Notes: generated by a model from the sequence alone, not told the origin. Counted from the first letter of the stretch, positions 12,131-24,479 are shown. The stretch: DNA of 63,132 nucleotides from Octopus bimaculoides (GCF_001194135.2 NC_069001.1:28078686-28141817); one strand, 5' to 3'. Numbers and translations: made by a program.

Positions 12131-13157
12131 GATGTAAATAAAAATAATAATAATTAATAGTTTTATACCTAACGACTCGTTAGAACGCTAAACGTTGCTT
12201 TTAACCCTGAGAGGTCCTGTCATATAGTCGCATGGTGCATGGAAACAGACATAAATCATAGCACCGGACAATCGTCTGTTGTAGGTGCCAAAACTTCCAA
12301 GTAACTCTACCTCAGTTTACAACACATCCTCAATGGTAGCCCCCCCCCCCCTCCCCGGTGACATTACTAGGCAAATCTAACTGCTATAATATACAGAAAT
12401 TCAGTGTCTTCTTAGTCACTTATATCGCAAATAGCCAACAAGCTCATTAAAAATTAATTATCCGCGACGGAAGAAAGGTAATCTACCAAAAAGCAGTCTT
12501 CATATCTAATTTAACATGGTTGTCCTGTCTAAGAAAATATGCGTGTTAAGTTGGATATAACGATTTCCCTTTGGCACTAATACTGCTTCAGTCGCTAATA
12601 GTCATTTAAAAAAAAAAAAAAAAATCATTAGTAACATTTTTTTTATCTTGCCGCGTAATTATTTCTCAATCAGTTTTTAAGATTCCCCATCATGAAATAT
12701 GTTATTCTTAATGAAATAATTATTATTATGCTTCAACTCTAATTATGAGACGTAAAACAATGTTTATTTCACGCAGAGAACTATAGTACAATACATGATA
12801 CTTCCGAGACATCATGGTTTTGTTTAAGTGACACTATTGTTGTTGTTGCTTTAAAGGAAATCAAGTTAATGACGAAAGGCTTGTCCACTAGTGACAATGA
12901 TATAGGTTATGAAAAACAATGACTAAATTTCTCAATGAATTTTTTACTGGCGCATATAGATTGTAATTGAAGTTTTTTTCTACCAAATAGACCCGCCATA
13001 TAACGGCATTTTATTGACTCCTTCGCTTTTCTTGTCGATTGCTGTTATTGTTTAGGCTCGGGTGAATCAGAACTGATAAATGAATACCACATTTTATAAG
13101 CAAGGCCTAACATCCGTGTCCATACAGAATTGTTTCTACAACGTCTCCCGCCTCTAT

Positions 13158-13260
13158 GCAGGGTGGGAGTGTGGTAAGAAGTTTGCTTTCCAATCACATA
13201 ATTCTGTGTTCAGCCCCACTACGTTTACCCTGAGCAAGTATTTTGTTCTTCAGCCTAAGG
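13158..13260 (+). mobile_element. SINE family B 5' part
   Basis: gtgtggtaagaagtttgctttccaatcaca...gttcagccccact...gagcaagt. Confidence 0.7.
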
Positions 13261-13337
13261 ACTCACAGGACACCTATTTTATAGTGAATAAAGAAGAAAA
13301 TAAAACACAAGATAACATGTATATATGCATCTATATA

Positions 13338-13394
<57 letters not shown>

Positions 13395-13704
13395 NNNNNN
13401 NNNNNNNNNNNNNNNNNNNNNNNNNNNNNNNNNNNNNNNNNNNNNNNNNNNNNNNNNNNNNNNNNNNNNNNNNNNNNNNNNNNNNNNNNNNNNNNNNNNN
13501 NNNNNNNNNNNNNNNNNNNNNNNNNNNNNNNNNNNNNNNNNNNNNNNNNNNNNNNNNNNNNNNNNNNNNNNNNNNNNTATTTCATCAACTGAGACAAGCC
13601 GATCGTATATGATTTTTACTGAAGACGATCTTACGTACTACGTGCATTTGTGCATTTCGTAGTATTCAATACGCAGACCTGAAACGTGCGTATCAAATTA
13701 TTTC

Positions 13705-13814
13705 AATAAGTTGTACTTATTGTATCGTACTGGTTTGCTGAACTGCTAGATACGGAGACGTCGACACACCAAAGTCGGTTATTAAGCGGTGGTGTGAAAG
13801 GAACACAGGCGCAA

Positions 13815-13820
<6 letters not shown>
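13705..13820 (+). mobile_element. SINE-like family C 3' part
   Basis: gctgaactgctagatacggagacgt..acacc followed by (AC)n. Confidence 0.6.
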
Positions 13821-13864
<44 letters not shown>

Positions 13865-15044
13865 GAGGGATGTATGAAAAGTCATGAGCCTCAAAATAAC
13901 AAAACATGGTTTAAGACTTCTGATGGAAGTACAAGACTTCAAGATTCAAAGTTTTTCATATACCCTTCGAGGCTATAGAAGATATTTGTCCAAAGTGGTT
14001 CGCAGTAAGACTAAATCCGAAACCATGTGTTTGGGAAGAAATCTTACCGCACAGTCACCTTTCAATCACGCACATAAAAAAAAAGAAAAAAAACATGCTG
14101 ATCAATTAATTTCCTTTTATGAAATTCTACTTCAACGTTGAAGGAATTAGCTACTACAAAATGAATTGGTGGAGCGAAACTATATCCACGAAACATCATT
14201 TACGAAACTTTACCTTCATTTATCATCCGCATGCTTCGAACAGTTTTCGAAATTGCATCAAAAACCGAGACAAATTATCCGGGAGTAATTGGCCGGTATC
14301 TGATTCGGGTGTTTCCCCTTGAACTTCTACAGTTTCAGAACGTTCACCTATCTGAAGNNNNNNNNNNNNNNNNNNNNNNNNNNNNNNNNNNNNNNNNNNN
14401 NNNNNNNNNNNNNNNNNNNNNNNNNNNNNNNNNNNNNNNNNNNNNNNNNNNNNNNNNNNNNNNNNNNNNNNNNNNNNNNNNNNNNNNNNNNNNNNNNNNN
14501 NNNNNNNNNNNNNNNNNNNNNNNNNNNNNNNNNNNNNNNNNNNNNNNNNNNNNNNNNNNNNNNNNNNNNNNNNNNNNNNNNNNNNNNNNNNNNNNNNNNN
14601 NNNNNNNNNNNNNNNNNNNNNNNNNNNNNNNNNNNNNNNNNNNNNNNNNNNNNNNNNNNNNNNNNNNNNNNNNNNNNNNNNNNNNNNNNNNNNNNNNNNN
14701 CACATATACACACACACATATATACAAGGGATATATATATATATATATATATATACATACACACACACACACATACATACACTCACATACTCGTGATATA
14801 TATACATACACACACATACATACATACACTCACATACTCGTGATATATATACGTGACACACACACACACACCTATATACTGAAATAGACAGACACAGATA
14901 GATTTATTCATGTTTGCATACAAAAATATATATATAGACACCGGAACACAAACACTCACACAGAACAATACACACACAAACACAGACATACCGCCACACA
15001 CACGAACACACACTCAAAACATATATATCTTTATAGATAATGAA

Positions 15045-15268
15045 GGGTGCAACAAATCGCACCAGAACGCTAAAAATAGCAGCCAGAAGACGACTACAAC
15101 CAACAAAATGTTCACGAATTTTCACGGTTCTTTTGGTTACTACTAGTTCAAGGACTTAGAATTTCTGCACATTCCCCCGATTTCAATTAATGTGTGTCAG
15201 TGAAAATGTGTGGTTGTAGTCGTCTTCTGACGTCTATTTTTAGCATACTGGTGCTATTTGTAGCTCCC
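15045..15268. mobile_element. MITE with ~70-bp imperfect TIRs, Kolobok-like termini
   Basis: Left arm gggtgcaacaaatcgcaccagaacgctaaaaatagcagccagaagacgactacaacca is the reverse complement of the right arm tggttgtagtcgtcttctgacgtctattttagcatactggtgctatttgtagctccc. Flanks are TGAA and TTAA. A TTAA TSD with purine termini is the Kolobok pattern. Confidence 0.75.
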
Positions 15269-15473
15269 TTAATTATCAATTAATAATTATTTACCCTATG
15301 GTATTTCCTTACACATGCTATGCCACTTGATATGATATTGTAAACAATAGTATCCTTAAATCTATCCATACAGATAAAGAGTAATCCCTTAATTATCGCG
15401 AGTGTTACGGCCCAAAACCCGCTGCAATCAGCGAAGTAGAAACCATACTGTATTTTTTTTTGTTTTGTTTTCT

Positions 15474-15653
15474 TTTTTTCTTTTACTTGTTTGTCATTTG
15501 ACTGTGGTCATGCTGGTGCACCACTTTTAGTTGAGCAAATCGGCTCCAGGATTTATTCGTTGTAAGCCTAGTATTTATCCTATCGTTTCTTTTGCTGAAC
15601 CGCTAGTTTACGGAGACGTAAGCACACCAACATTGGTTGTCAAGCGATGTTGA

Positions 15654-15660
<7 letters not shown>
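15474..15660 (+). mobile_element. SINE-like family C, near full length
   Basis: tcatttgactgtggtcatgctggtgcacc...gtaagcctagta...gctgaaccgctag...gtcaagcgatg then (AC)n; matches 31216-31339. Confidence 0.8.
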
Positions 15661-15736
<76 letters not shown>

Positions 15737-16585
15737 NNNNNNNNNNNNNNNNNNNNNNNNNNNNNNNNNNNNNNNNNNNNNNNNNNNNNNNNNNNNNNNN
15801 NNNNNNNNNNNNNNNNNNNNNNNNNNNNNNNNNNNNNNNNNNNNNNNNNNNNNNNNNNNNNNNNNNNNNNNNNNNNNNNNNNNNNNNNNNNNNNNNNNNN
15901 NNNNNNNNNNNNNNNNNNNNNNNNNNNNNNNNNNNNNNNNNNNNNNNNNNNNNNNNNNNNNNNNNNNNNNNNNNNNNNNNNNNNNNNNNNNNNNNNNNNN
16001 NNNNNNNNNNNNNNNNNNNNNNNNNNNNNNNNNNNNNNNNNNNNNTATATATATATATATATATATATTACTTTTGCAATTTGTATATATTTATTTTATT
16101 ATACATGCAAAACAACACCACGGAGGAATCTACGTAAGCTTAAATAATAAACCACTATAGGTGACCGTCTTTATGTCGGGGGATAACTGTATGTATCCGT
16201 GTCCAAAAGTAGTATAGCGTATGCGCCTCTACCCACCTCTATATAATACTGTGTTTGTGTGAGAATGTCTGAATAGTTGTTGCTCCTCTCGTACAGCATA
16301 CTTATTCGTTCGCATCTGATAAACACAACCATCCTTCCATTCTTTTCTAAATTTCTTATACTTTCACTCATTCTTGCTGAGACGTGTGTATACAGTATTG
16401 CTCTACCACACAACTCATTGTACCAACGCTACATTTGTCTAGCTATCCAGCTATATGTAGACATGCATGCAGGCAGGCATGTATGTATGTATGTATGTGG
16501 ATGGGTGTGTATGTATCCGTGTGCGTTTGCAAATCTATCCGATGCCTGTCTGTCTGTCTCTTTCTCTCTCTTTCACACTTTTATT

Positions 16586-16795
16586 ATCTTTTACTGGTTT
16601 CAGTCATTGGATTACAGCCATGCTACGGCAGTGCCTTCAAGAATTTATATTCGAACCTATCTACCACACTACTTAAATTTATTTAAGCCTGATGATAATT
16701 CTATCGATATACCGTTTCCCCGAACTGCTAAGTCACTGGGACATAAACACACCAACATCGGTAGAGGGGGCACAGATAAAGGCAAACAGACAAAT
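16586..16795 (+). mobile_element. SINE-like family C (diverged)
   Basis: cagtcattggattacagccatgct...cgaactgctaagt...acaccaacatcgg. Confidence 0.7.
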
Positions 16796-16819
16796 AGGCG
16801 AATATATGCCTATACATAG

Positions 16820-16948
16820 GACGGGCTTCTTTCAGTTTCCATTTACCAAATCCACTCACAAGGCATCGGTCATCTCGGAGATATACTAGAAAGCACTTGC
16901 CCATGTGGTTGGGAAGCAAGTGTCTTACCATACAGCCACGCCCGTATA
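16820..16948 (-). mobile_element. SINE family B
   Basis: gacgggcttctttcagtttccatttaccaaatccactcacaagg...cttaccatacagccacgcc. Confidence 0.85.
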
Positions 16949-16975
16949 CCGTATATATATATATATATATATATA

Positions 16976-17289
16976 TCGGTTACGACGACGAGTGTTCCTG
17001 TTGATCGGGCCATCGGAACAGCCTCCTCAGACACATGTACCCTTAACGTAGTTCTCGGGGAGATACAGCGTGACGCAATGTGTGACAAGACTGGCTCTTT
17101 GAAATGCAGGTACTACAGAAACAGGAAGAAAGAGTGAGATGAGGTTGTGATTCGACACTACTGCCGGAGCCTCGCGGCGCTTTAGGTGTTTTCGCTCAAT
17201 AAACACTCACAGCTCCCGGACTGGGAATCGAAACCACGATTCTGCGACCGCAAGTCTGCTGCCCTAACCACTGGGCCATTACACTCCAC
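16976..17289 (-). mobile_element. tRNA-derived SINE family D
   Basis: Colinear with 57741-58109. The minus-strand head has the A box TGGCCCAGTGG and the B-box-like GGTTTCGATTCC. Confidence 0.9.
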
Positions 17290-17309
17290 CGATCTTGGTG
17301 TGTTTACGT

Positions 17310-17460
17310 CCCCCTAATTTAGTGGTTCGGCAAAAAAGAAAAAAATAAACGATAGAATAAGTACCAGGCGTACAAGAAATGAGTCCAGCGGTCTATTTCT
17401 TCGTCTAGAAGGCGGTGCTTCAGCATAACAATGGTGAAAATAACTGAAACAAGTAAAATA
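17310..17460 (-). mobile_element. SINE-like family C
   Basis: gtggttcggc...aataagtaccagg...aaggcggtgcttcagcat...tgaaacaagtaaaa is the reverse complement of the C head. Confidence 0.75.
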
Positions 17461-17985
17461 ATTATATNNNNNNNNNNNNNNNNNNNNNNNNNNNNNNNNN
17501 NNNNNNNNNNNNNNNNNNNNNNNNNNNNNNNNNNNNNNNNNNNNNNNNNNNNNNNNNNNNNNNNNNNNNNNNNNNNNNNNNNNNNNNNNNNNNNNNNNNN
17601 NNNNNNNNNNNNNNNNNNNNNNNNNNNNNNNNNNNNNNNNNNNNNNNNNNNNNNNNNNNNNNNNNNNNNNNNNNNNNNNNNNNNNNNNNNNNNNNNNNNN
17701 NNNNNNNNNNNNNNNNNNNNNNNNNNNNNNNNNNNNNNNNNNNNNNNNNNNNNNNNNNNNNNNNNNNNNNNNNNNNNNNNNNNNNNNNNNNNNNNNNNNN
17801 NNNNNNNNNNNNNNNNNNNNNNNNNNNNNNNNNNNNNNNNNNNNNNNNNNNNNNNNNNNNNNNNNNNNNNNNNNNNNNNNNNNNNNNNNNNNNNNNNNNN
17901 NNNNNNNNNNNNNNNNNNNNNNNNNNNNNNNNNNNNNNNNNNNNNNNNNNNNNNNNNNNNNNNTATATATATATATACACACACA

Positions 17986-18017
<32 letters not shown>

Positions 18018-18019
<2 letters not shown>

Positions 18020-18141
18020 ACGTGCTTCTTTCGGTTTCCATCTACCAAATCCTCTCACAAGGCTCGCCCAAGTTTCCACGCAGTGGAACTGAAACCGGAA
18101 TCATTTTGGGAAGTAAGCTTCTTATCCCACAGACACACCTA
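18018..18141 (-). mobile_element. SINE family B (internally deleted)
   Basis: gcttctttcggtttccatctaccaaatcctctcacaagg...ccacgcagtggaactgaa. Confidence 0.75.
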
Positions 18142-18914
18142 CCTACCTACCTACCTACCTACCTGGCTGCCTACCTCTCTGTATGTCTGTCTAACTATCT
18201 ATCCATCTATGTATCAATCTATCTATATATATGTATATGTATACAGACAGATAGATAGATATGGATATAAGTATATATTATATCATATTATGTTATACTG
18301 TACTATTATTATATTATGTAAGGGATTTTAGAACGGGATTTTCTAGGTATATTTTTCTCTGCTGAAGTTTCAGCAAAGACGATCTATTTATTAATCAATA
18401 ACAGCTATAACCAGTCTTTCTGACGTGATTGAACATTCTATTCACATTTTCATTGAATATATAATTACAGAAATACATACGTGTACATATACACTTAAAT
18501 ACAGTCATACAAATAGAAACCTCCTGAAGTAAGTACATAAATAAATAAAGAAGTCTATGTAAATACACAAACTTCAGCGTTCAGAGATATATACTGTATT
18601 GTAGGTAGAGTAGAAAACACATGAAGAAAGTTTACTTATGTCTGTAGTCAGTGACTCACTCTCTTTATAGTCTATGTACCCGGCGATTAGCGGAAGGCTT
18701 CGTGTTTAGGGATTTAACGGAAGGACCAAATAGCCTGAACGAATGCTTACTTGCAGTTAGTGAATGGATCAACGAATTCATATGCGTATGTGTGTCTATG
18801 TAGGTGTACGTATGCACATGTGTACGCTTGCATGCATGTATGTATGTACATCAATGCAGCTCTCTCTATCTCGCTCTCTTTCACCCTCTCACTAAATCAT
18901 TCTCTCACTCTCTC

Positions 18915-18957
<43 letters not shown>

Positions 18958-19079
18958 GCAGTAAGAGTGAGTAGAGAAACAATAAAGAGAGGTAGCTGGA
19001 TAGGTAGGTAAGTATATCGAAAAAAAAAGAGGCAGACAGAAAGATAGAAAGATTTCTAGATAGAGAGATATGTTGAGAG

Positions 19080-19094
19080 ATAGACAGAGAGATG

Positions 19095-19128
<34 letters not shown>

Positions 19129-19305
19129 CATACAGGCAGTTAGATAGATAGATAGACATACAGGCAGTTAGATAGATAGATAGACATACAGGTAGATAGA
19201 CATATAAATAGGTAGATGGATAGGTAGATAGAAAGACAGATAGGTATGTAGATAGACAGAAAGAGGATTCGATAGATATATAGACAGATAGATAGACAGA
19301 CAGAC
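19080..19305. repeat. Compound (ATAG)n satellite with ~28-bp higher-order unit
   Basis: The unit agacatacagg(cagt)tagatagatagat recurs three times within the (ATAG)n tract. Confidence 0.85.
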
Positions 19306-19398
19306 AAATAATTGTTCGATACATCCTGCACAATATCATACTCAAAACATAAAAAACTACGCATAAAAATTCACATTGATAGACACACACACATTTTC

Positions 19399-19436
<38 letters not shown>

Positions 19437-19994
19437 TCATAAACACTTGCATATAAACACTCATATATACATATACACATTCATGTGTGAGTCTGTGTGT
19501 GTACGCGCGTGTGACTTACGTGTGTATATACATGTAGTCTTATGTGCGTATACACATACATACAGGAGAACATATTCATACGTGCATACATAACATTACT
19601 CATATCCCATTATCCATCGCAGTGGGTTTGTCTCTTCTTCATCTAAGTCTCGACGTCCGTAAATTATTAGCGAATTCCGTCGAAAAAGCATGTCTTGATT
19701 TTGATTTATATATATTGGGGCCTGGAGTCTATCTCGGAATTGCCGTGGTTGTCTGGTTATTTACATGAAGAAGGTGCGGTACCCTGTTTGTTTAGCTCTA
19801 TTTCAATTTGCTCCTCTTATACATACAACTACACACACACACACACACACATACATGCACGCACTGAGAAAGACACATATTTACATATATTTATGTACAC
19901 TTACGAATACATATACACACGTTCATACACAAACACACACACGCATTCATGTAAATACATGTACGTATGTATATATCATCTATCACCGCTTCAC

Positions 19995-20150
19995 AACCGG
20001 CACTGGTTCGTTTACGCCCCTGTAATTTAGCAGTTCGGCACAAAATGTGCGATAAAATTAGTACCGGTCTTAAAAATAAGTACTGGGTTGATTTTGTCTA
20101 CTAAACCCTTCGAAGCGCTGCCATAGCATGGTCAGGTCTAATGACTGAAT
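19995..20150 (-). mobile_element. SINE-like family C (diverged)
   Basis: gcagttcggc...ataaaattagtacc...aataagtactggg...agcatgg..aatgactgaa. Confidence 0.65.
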
Positions 20151-20167
20151 TATACATACATATCTAA

Positions 20168-20242
<75 letters not shown>

Positions 20243-20972
20243 NNNNNNNNNNNNNNNNNNNNNNNNNNNNNNNNNNNNNNNNNNNNNNNNNNNNNNNNNN
20301 NNNNNNNNNNNNNNNNNNNNNNNNNNNNNNNNNNNNNNNNNNNNNNNNNNNNNNNNNNNNNNNNNNNNNNNNNNNNNNNNNNNNNNNNNNNNNNNNNNNN
20401 NNNNNNNNNNNNNNNNNNNNNNNNNNNNNNNNNNNNNNNNNNNNNNNNNNNNNNNNNNNNNNNNNNNNNNNNNNNNNNNNNNNNNNNNNNNNNNNNNNNN
20501 NNNNNNNNNNNNNNNNNNNNNNNNNNNNNNNNNNNNNNNNNNNNNNNNNNNNNNNNNNNNNNNNNNNNNNNNNNNNNNNNNNNNNNNNNNNNNNNNNNNN
20601 NNNNNNNNNNNNNNNNNNNNNNNNNNNNNNNNNNNNNNNNNNNNNNNNNNNNNNNNNNNNNNNNNNNNNNNNNNNNNNNNNNNNNNNNNNNNNNNNNNNN
20701 NNNNNNNNNNNNNNNNATGTGTGTATGTTTGTCTGTGTGTGTGTGTGTGTATGTATGCGTATATTTGTGTGCGTGTGTGTGTGTGTGTATACGTGCGTAC
20801 TCACTCGTTTGTGTTTACTCGTATTCTTCTTCGCTTCACGTTAGCCGAATGTGAACACGTATATTGACATGTGAAAGTTAGCTTCGTGCGGGCCACCACT
20901 GACTACCAACACAGACACCCTTCCTTTGAAATTACTAAACCACTTGTCTATGTCAATATTAATAATTGCATT

Positions 20973-21180
20973 AAGGCGGCGAACAGGCAGGATTACCAGC
21001 ACGCCGGGCGGCATTTCATTCGTATGTTTGTTCGGAGTTCAAATACCGCCGCAGCCGACGTTGCCTTTCATCGTTTGGGGTTCGATAGAATAAATACCAT
21101 TTGAACACTGGGGTCGATGTAATATACTAAATCCTACCCCTAAAACTGCAGGCCTTGTGCGAAAATTTGAAATCGATATT
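20973..21180 (+). mobile_element. SINE family A
   Basis: aggcggcga...gcacgccgggc...gagttcaaataccgcc...cactggggtcgatgtaat...ggccttgtgc. Confidence 0.85.
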
Positions 21181-21612
21181 AGAACTGATTGCATATGGGT
21201 TACATAAAATATTGTGTTTGTATGCTACAACAGTCTGTTTTGTTTGAATATTTGTGAAGTGTGGTATACGTGTATATATATATATGTACTTGTATATATG
21301 TACATATGTGTGTTTGTGTATATGTATTGTGCGTTTAATTGAGTATACTTTTGTGCAAACAAATGATTGTGCGTGCCTGTACGTGTAAAACTGTATGTAC
21401 GTAAATATGTGTGTATGTATGTATATAAATATGTTGCGAGTGGATGAGTAGAATATTGTGTATGCTTTATTTGACTCGAAACAGAAATGCCTTTTTCCAC
21501 CAAGAAAACACACTTGTCCAAGCATACATTGTATTCACTACTGTTAGAAGCGAACCCATGCACAGCGCATTCATTTGTCTTAAACCTTTCGGATGTACCC
21601 AATAATAATAAT

Positions 21613-21770
21613 ATCATTATTGCTACTCTAGGCACAAGGGGGCTAATCGATTACATCGACCCCAGTGCGTAAATGATACTTATTTTATCAACAGTCGACC
21701 TCAGCGGGATTTGAACTCAGAACGTAGCGACGGGCGAAATATCGCTAAGCAGTTCGTTCAGCGTGCTAAA
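21613..21770 (-). mobile_element. SINE family A (internal deletion)
   Basis: atcgattacatcgaccccagtg...gtcgacctcagcgggatttgaactcagaacgt. Confidence 0.85.
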
Positions 21771-22000
21771 CAATAATAATGATGATAATGCTTTCATATA
21801 TTTGCCGGCAGGGCGATATATGCGGAGGACAATACAAAGCAGTCATCAAGTGTCGGGGTTTACATATAATGGAACGATTAAATAAACATAAAAAAGGGGT
21901 AAGTACACACGGTATACAATGAAAAGGAAGGGAAATATATATATAGTAAAACAAGGGTTAAAAAAAATGATAAATAAAATAATGTAATAATACTAATAAT

Positions 22001-22202
22001 TGTTTAAAAATGTTGGTACGAAGGCAGAGATTTTGAGGGGAGGGAATATTTTGATTACAGCAATACCAGTCACGAATAGCACTTATCTTATCCATCTCAA
22101 ATGTAAGAAAGGTAAGGTCGACCTCAGTGAAATATCTAACTCAGATGAGAGAAATACTGTTAAGTGTTATGACCCGTGCGCTAACAAGTCTACCGACTTG
22201 AC
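22001..22202 (-). mobile_element. SINE family A (old)
   Basis: aaaggtaaggtcgacctcagtgaaat..aactcaga...gcgctaac. Confidence 0.65.
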
Positions 22203-22453
22203 ATAGAGAGCCTGGCAATATTGAGTATAGGGACAGATACGGAGGGCCTTGGTCCTCTGCATTCGACCGTTTTTTTTTGGTTTTTTTTAAATATTTTTTT
22301 TGTTTTCGTTTTTTTTTTTTTTAATCTTTTATCAACTCCGAAATAATGACTGGCATAGCCGACTTCGCCAGGACTAGAACTCAGAAATTAATATCGGAAA
22401 CGAGCAATACACAACATTTTAATAACAATAAATAATACGTCTACTGGACTTAC

Positions 22454-22456
22454 GGA
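22454..22456 (-). other. Candidate 3-nt microexon (TCC), or 3' end of a longer exon
   Basis: Minus strand reads ttttgctctttttaatcttcctcacattttcAG|TCC|GTAAGT: a long pyrimidine tract, an AG, 3 nt, then a consensus donor. Confidence 0.3.
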
Positions 22457-22634
22457 CTGAAAATGTGAGGAAGATTAAAAAGAGCAAAATACGAGGGAAA
22501 AGAGTAAACGACCTAACGGTGATATCACACATATATAATACACGTGTGTGTGTGTGTGTTGTATGCCGCGTATTCTCATTTTCTGTGTGGTGGGGTTTGT
22601 TGTTGTTGATGCAATTTTGTAGCATTACACTTAC

Positions 22635-22740
22635 TTTTAGTGTGTGTGTGTGGGGGGGGTCGTTTTACTTATCTGCAGGTTGTGTATATTGGCTTCCTGA
22701 TTTCTTTAATAATACGGAATGCCGAGCTTTATAGAGACAG
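22635..22740 (-). promoter_or_regulatory. Candidate TATA-type promoter and first exon of a minus-strand transcript
   Basis: CTATAAAG on minus at 22734-22727, CpG-rich gcgcgagcgg and a (GA)n tract upstream, and a donor aaa|GTAAGT at 22634. Motif-only evidence. Confidence 0.25.
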
Positions 22741-22841
22741 GTTGCGCGAGCGGATGGAGAAGAGAGAGAGAGAAAGAGATCGAGAGACCAAGAGACCAAC
22801 ACACTAGACAAGCATTCAGAGAGAACGAAAGACAGAAATAT

Positions 22842-22886
<45 letters not shown>

Positions 22887-23319
22887 AAGATGACGACAGA
22901 GAAGGCGAGATAGATGGGAAAGGGAGACGGGTAAGATGCTGTGTTGGGAACGAAGATGCGATGTGCCGGTATTCACGCACACAGTAGCTCGCTACTCACT
23001 TGTGGCTCGGCGTCTACCGTCTTCTCCACCTTGTTAATTCTTCTGCCGCCTTGCCTTTTCGTTCCAGTCTCTTCCACAGCTCGCCACCCTCCCCTCCCCT
23101 CCCCGCATCCACCACCGTCTCTATGCTGCATCGACACCCCCCCACACTCGCCCTCTTGCTCATCCTTTAATTGTTATTTCTTCTCTTTCCGTTCGCCGCT
23201 CTTTTATTCATCTTGTCTCTCATTCTTCCTCTTATTCATTTTCTTGTTGTTATTTGTGTTGATAATATATTTGTTTTTCTTTCGATTCTTTTGTTATTGC
23301 GGTCGTTGCCTTTCTTCTT

Positions 23320-23403
23320 TTCCTTCTTCTTTTCCTTATTCTTTTCCTTCTTCTTCTTCTTCTTTTCCTTCTTCTTTTCTTTATTTTCCTTCTTCTTCTT
23401 TTC

Positions 23404-23440
<37 letters not shown>

Positions 23441-23562
23441 ATACTTACTTTTACGATTGTAACCGCTTCTAATACCACTACCAGTAATACTACCAAAACT
23501 ACCACCACTATACTACTACTTATGTTGCTCATATTGTTGTTCTACTAGTACCAGCAAAAGCG

Positions 23563-23597
<35 letters not shown>

Positions 23598-23644
23598 CAC
23601 CACTACTACTGCTACTACTGCTGCTACTACAACTACGATTACCG

Positions 23645-23678
<34 letters not shown>

Positions 23679-23680
23679 AT
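23320..23680. repeat. (TTC)n / (ACT)n trinucleotide low-complexity block
   Basis: Directly visible. Confidence 0.9.
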
Positions 23681-23949
23681 TTCTTATCCCTCTTTCTTCT
23701 CCTTCCCGGCTTCGTTCTATTTCCCCCTATTTTCTTCTCTCTTATTGGTTTCCCTTCTTCTTTCTCTCATTCTCTTTCATCTGAATCTCTTCATCTTCAC
23801 TTTTATTATCTTTCATCTACTTTGCGGTTAGTTGTTGGTCTTCTACCAAAGCGGAATTGTTTTTTTTTGTTTTTTTTTAGCATTTGTTTCTTTTTTTCGT
23901 TTTTCGTTTTTATTTTTTTATAAAAAAAAATTTCGTGATTCCTCCGTTC

Positions 23950-24300
23950 ACATTATCATCATCATCGTCAACATCATTATTAATATTATCGCCATCATCA
24001 TCATCGTTGTCATCATCATCATCATCGTTGTCATCATCAGCAACACTACCAGATCCACCCCTACCAAAATCGTCATCATTACCAGCATATTTAGTGATAA
24101 ACATCGTCATCGTCATCATCGTCATCATCATATCGTCATCGTCATCAGCACCACCACCGCTGCCATCATCGTCGTTGTCATCACCGCCATCATCACCATG
24201 ATCAGCATCACTAGTATTTTGACAAAATCATTGTCGGTGTCATCATCCATATCATCATCGTCGTCATCATCATCACCATCATCACCAACATCATCACGAC
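23950..24300. repeat. Degenerate (ATC/GTC)n block
   Basis: Directly visible; it explains the poly-I, poly-S and poly-D ORFs. Confidence 0.9.
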
Positions 24301-24479
24301 TATAAGTATAATCGATATAACCATAACAACCATCGATCTGTTTTTTTCTTTTCTTTTTCTCTTTGGCCCTCTTTTTGTTTCCTTACTTCCTGGTTCCCCT
24401 TAACCGTTGTAACAATTCCCAATGTACCAAAATTAAAGAATACGGATTGAAATTCTTCGAAATATATCATTTTATTCAC

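Noticed and set aside
16171-16413. 80-aa minus ORF (MSESIRNLEKNGRMVVFIRCERIS...)
   Set aside because: No recognisable motif or splice context; its length is compatible with chance.
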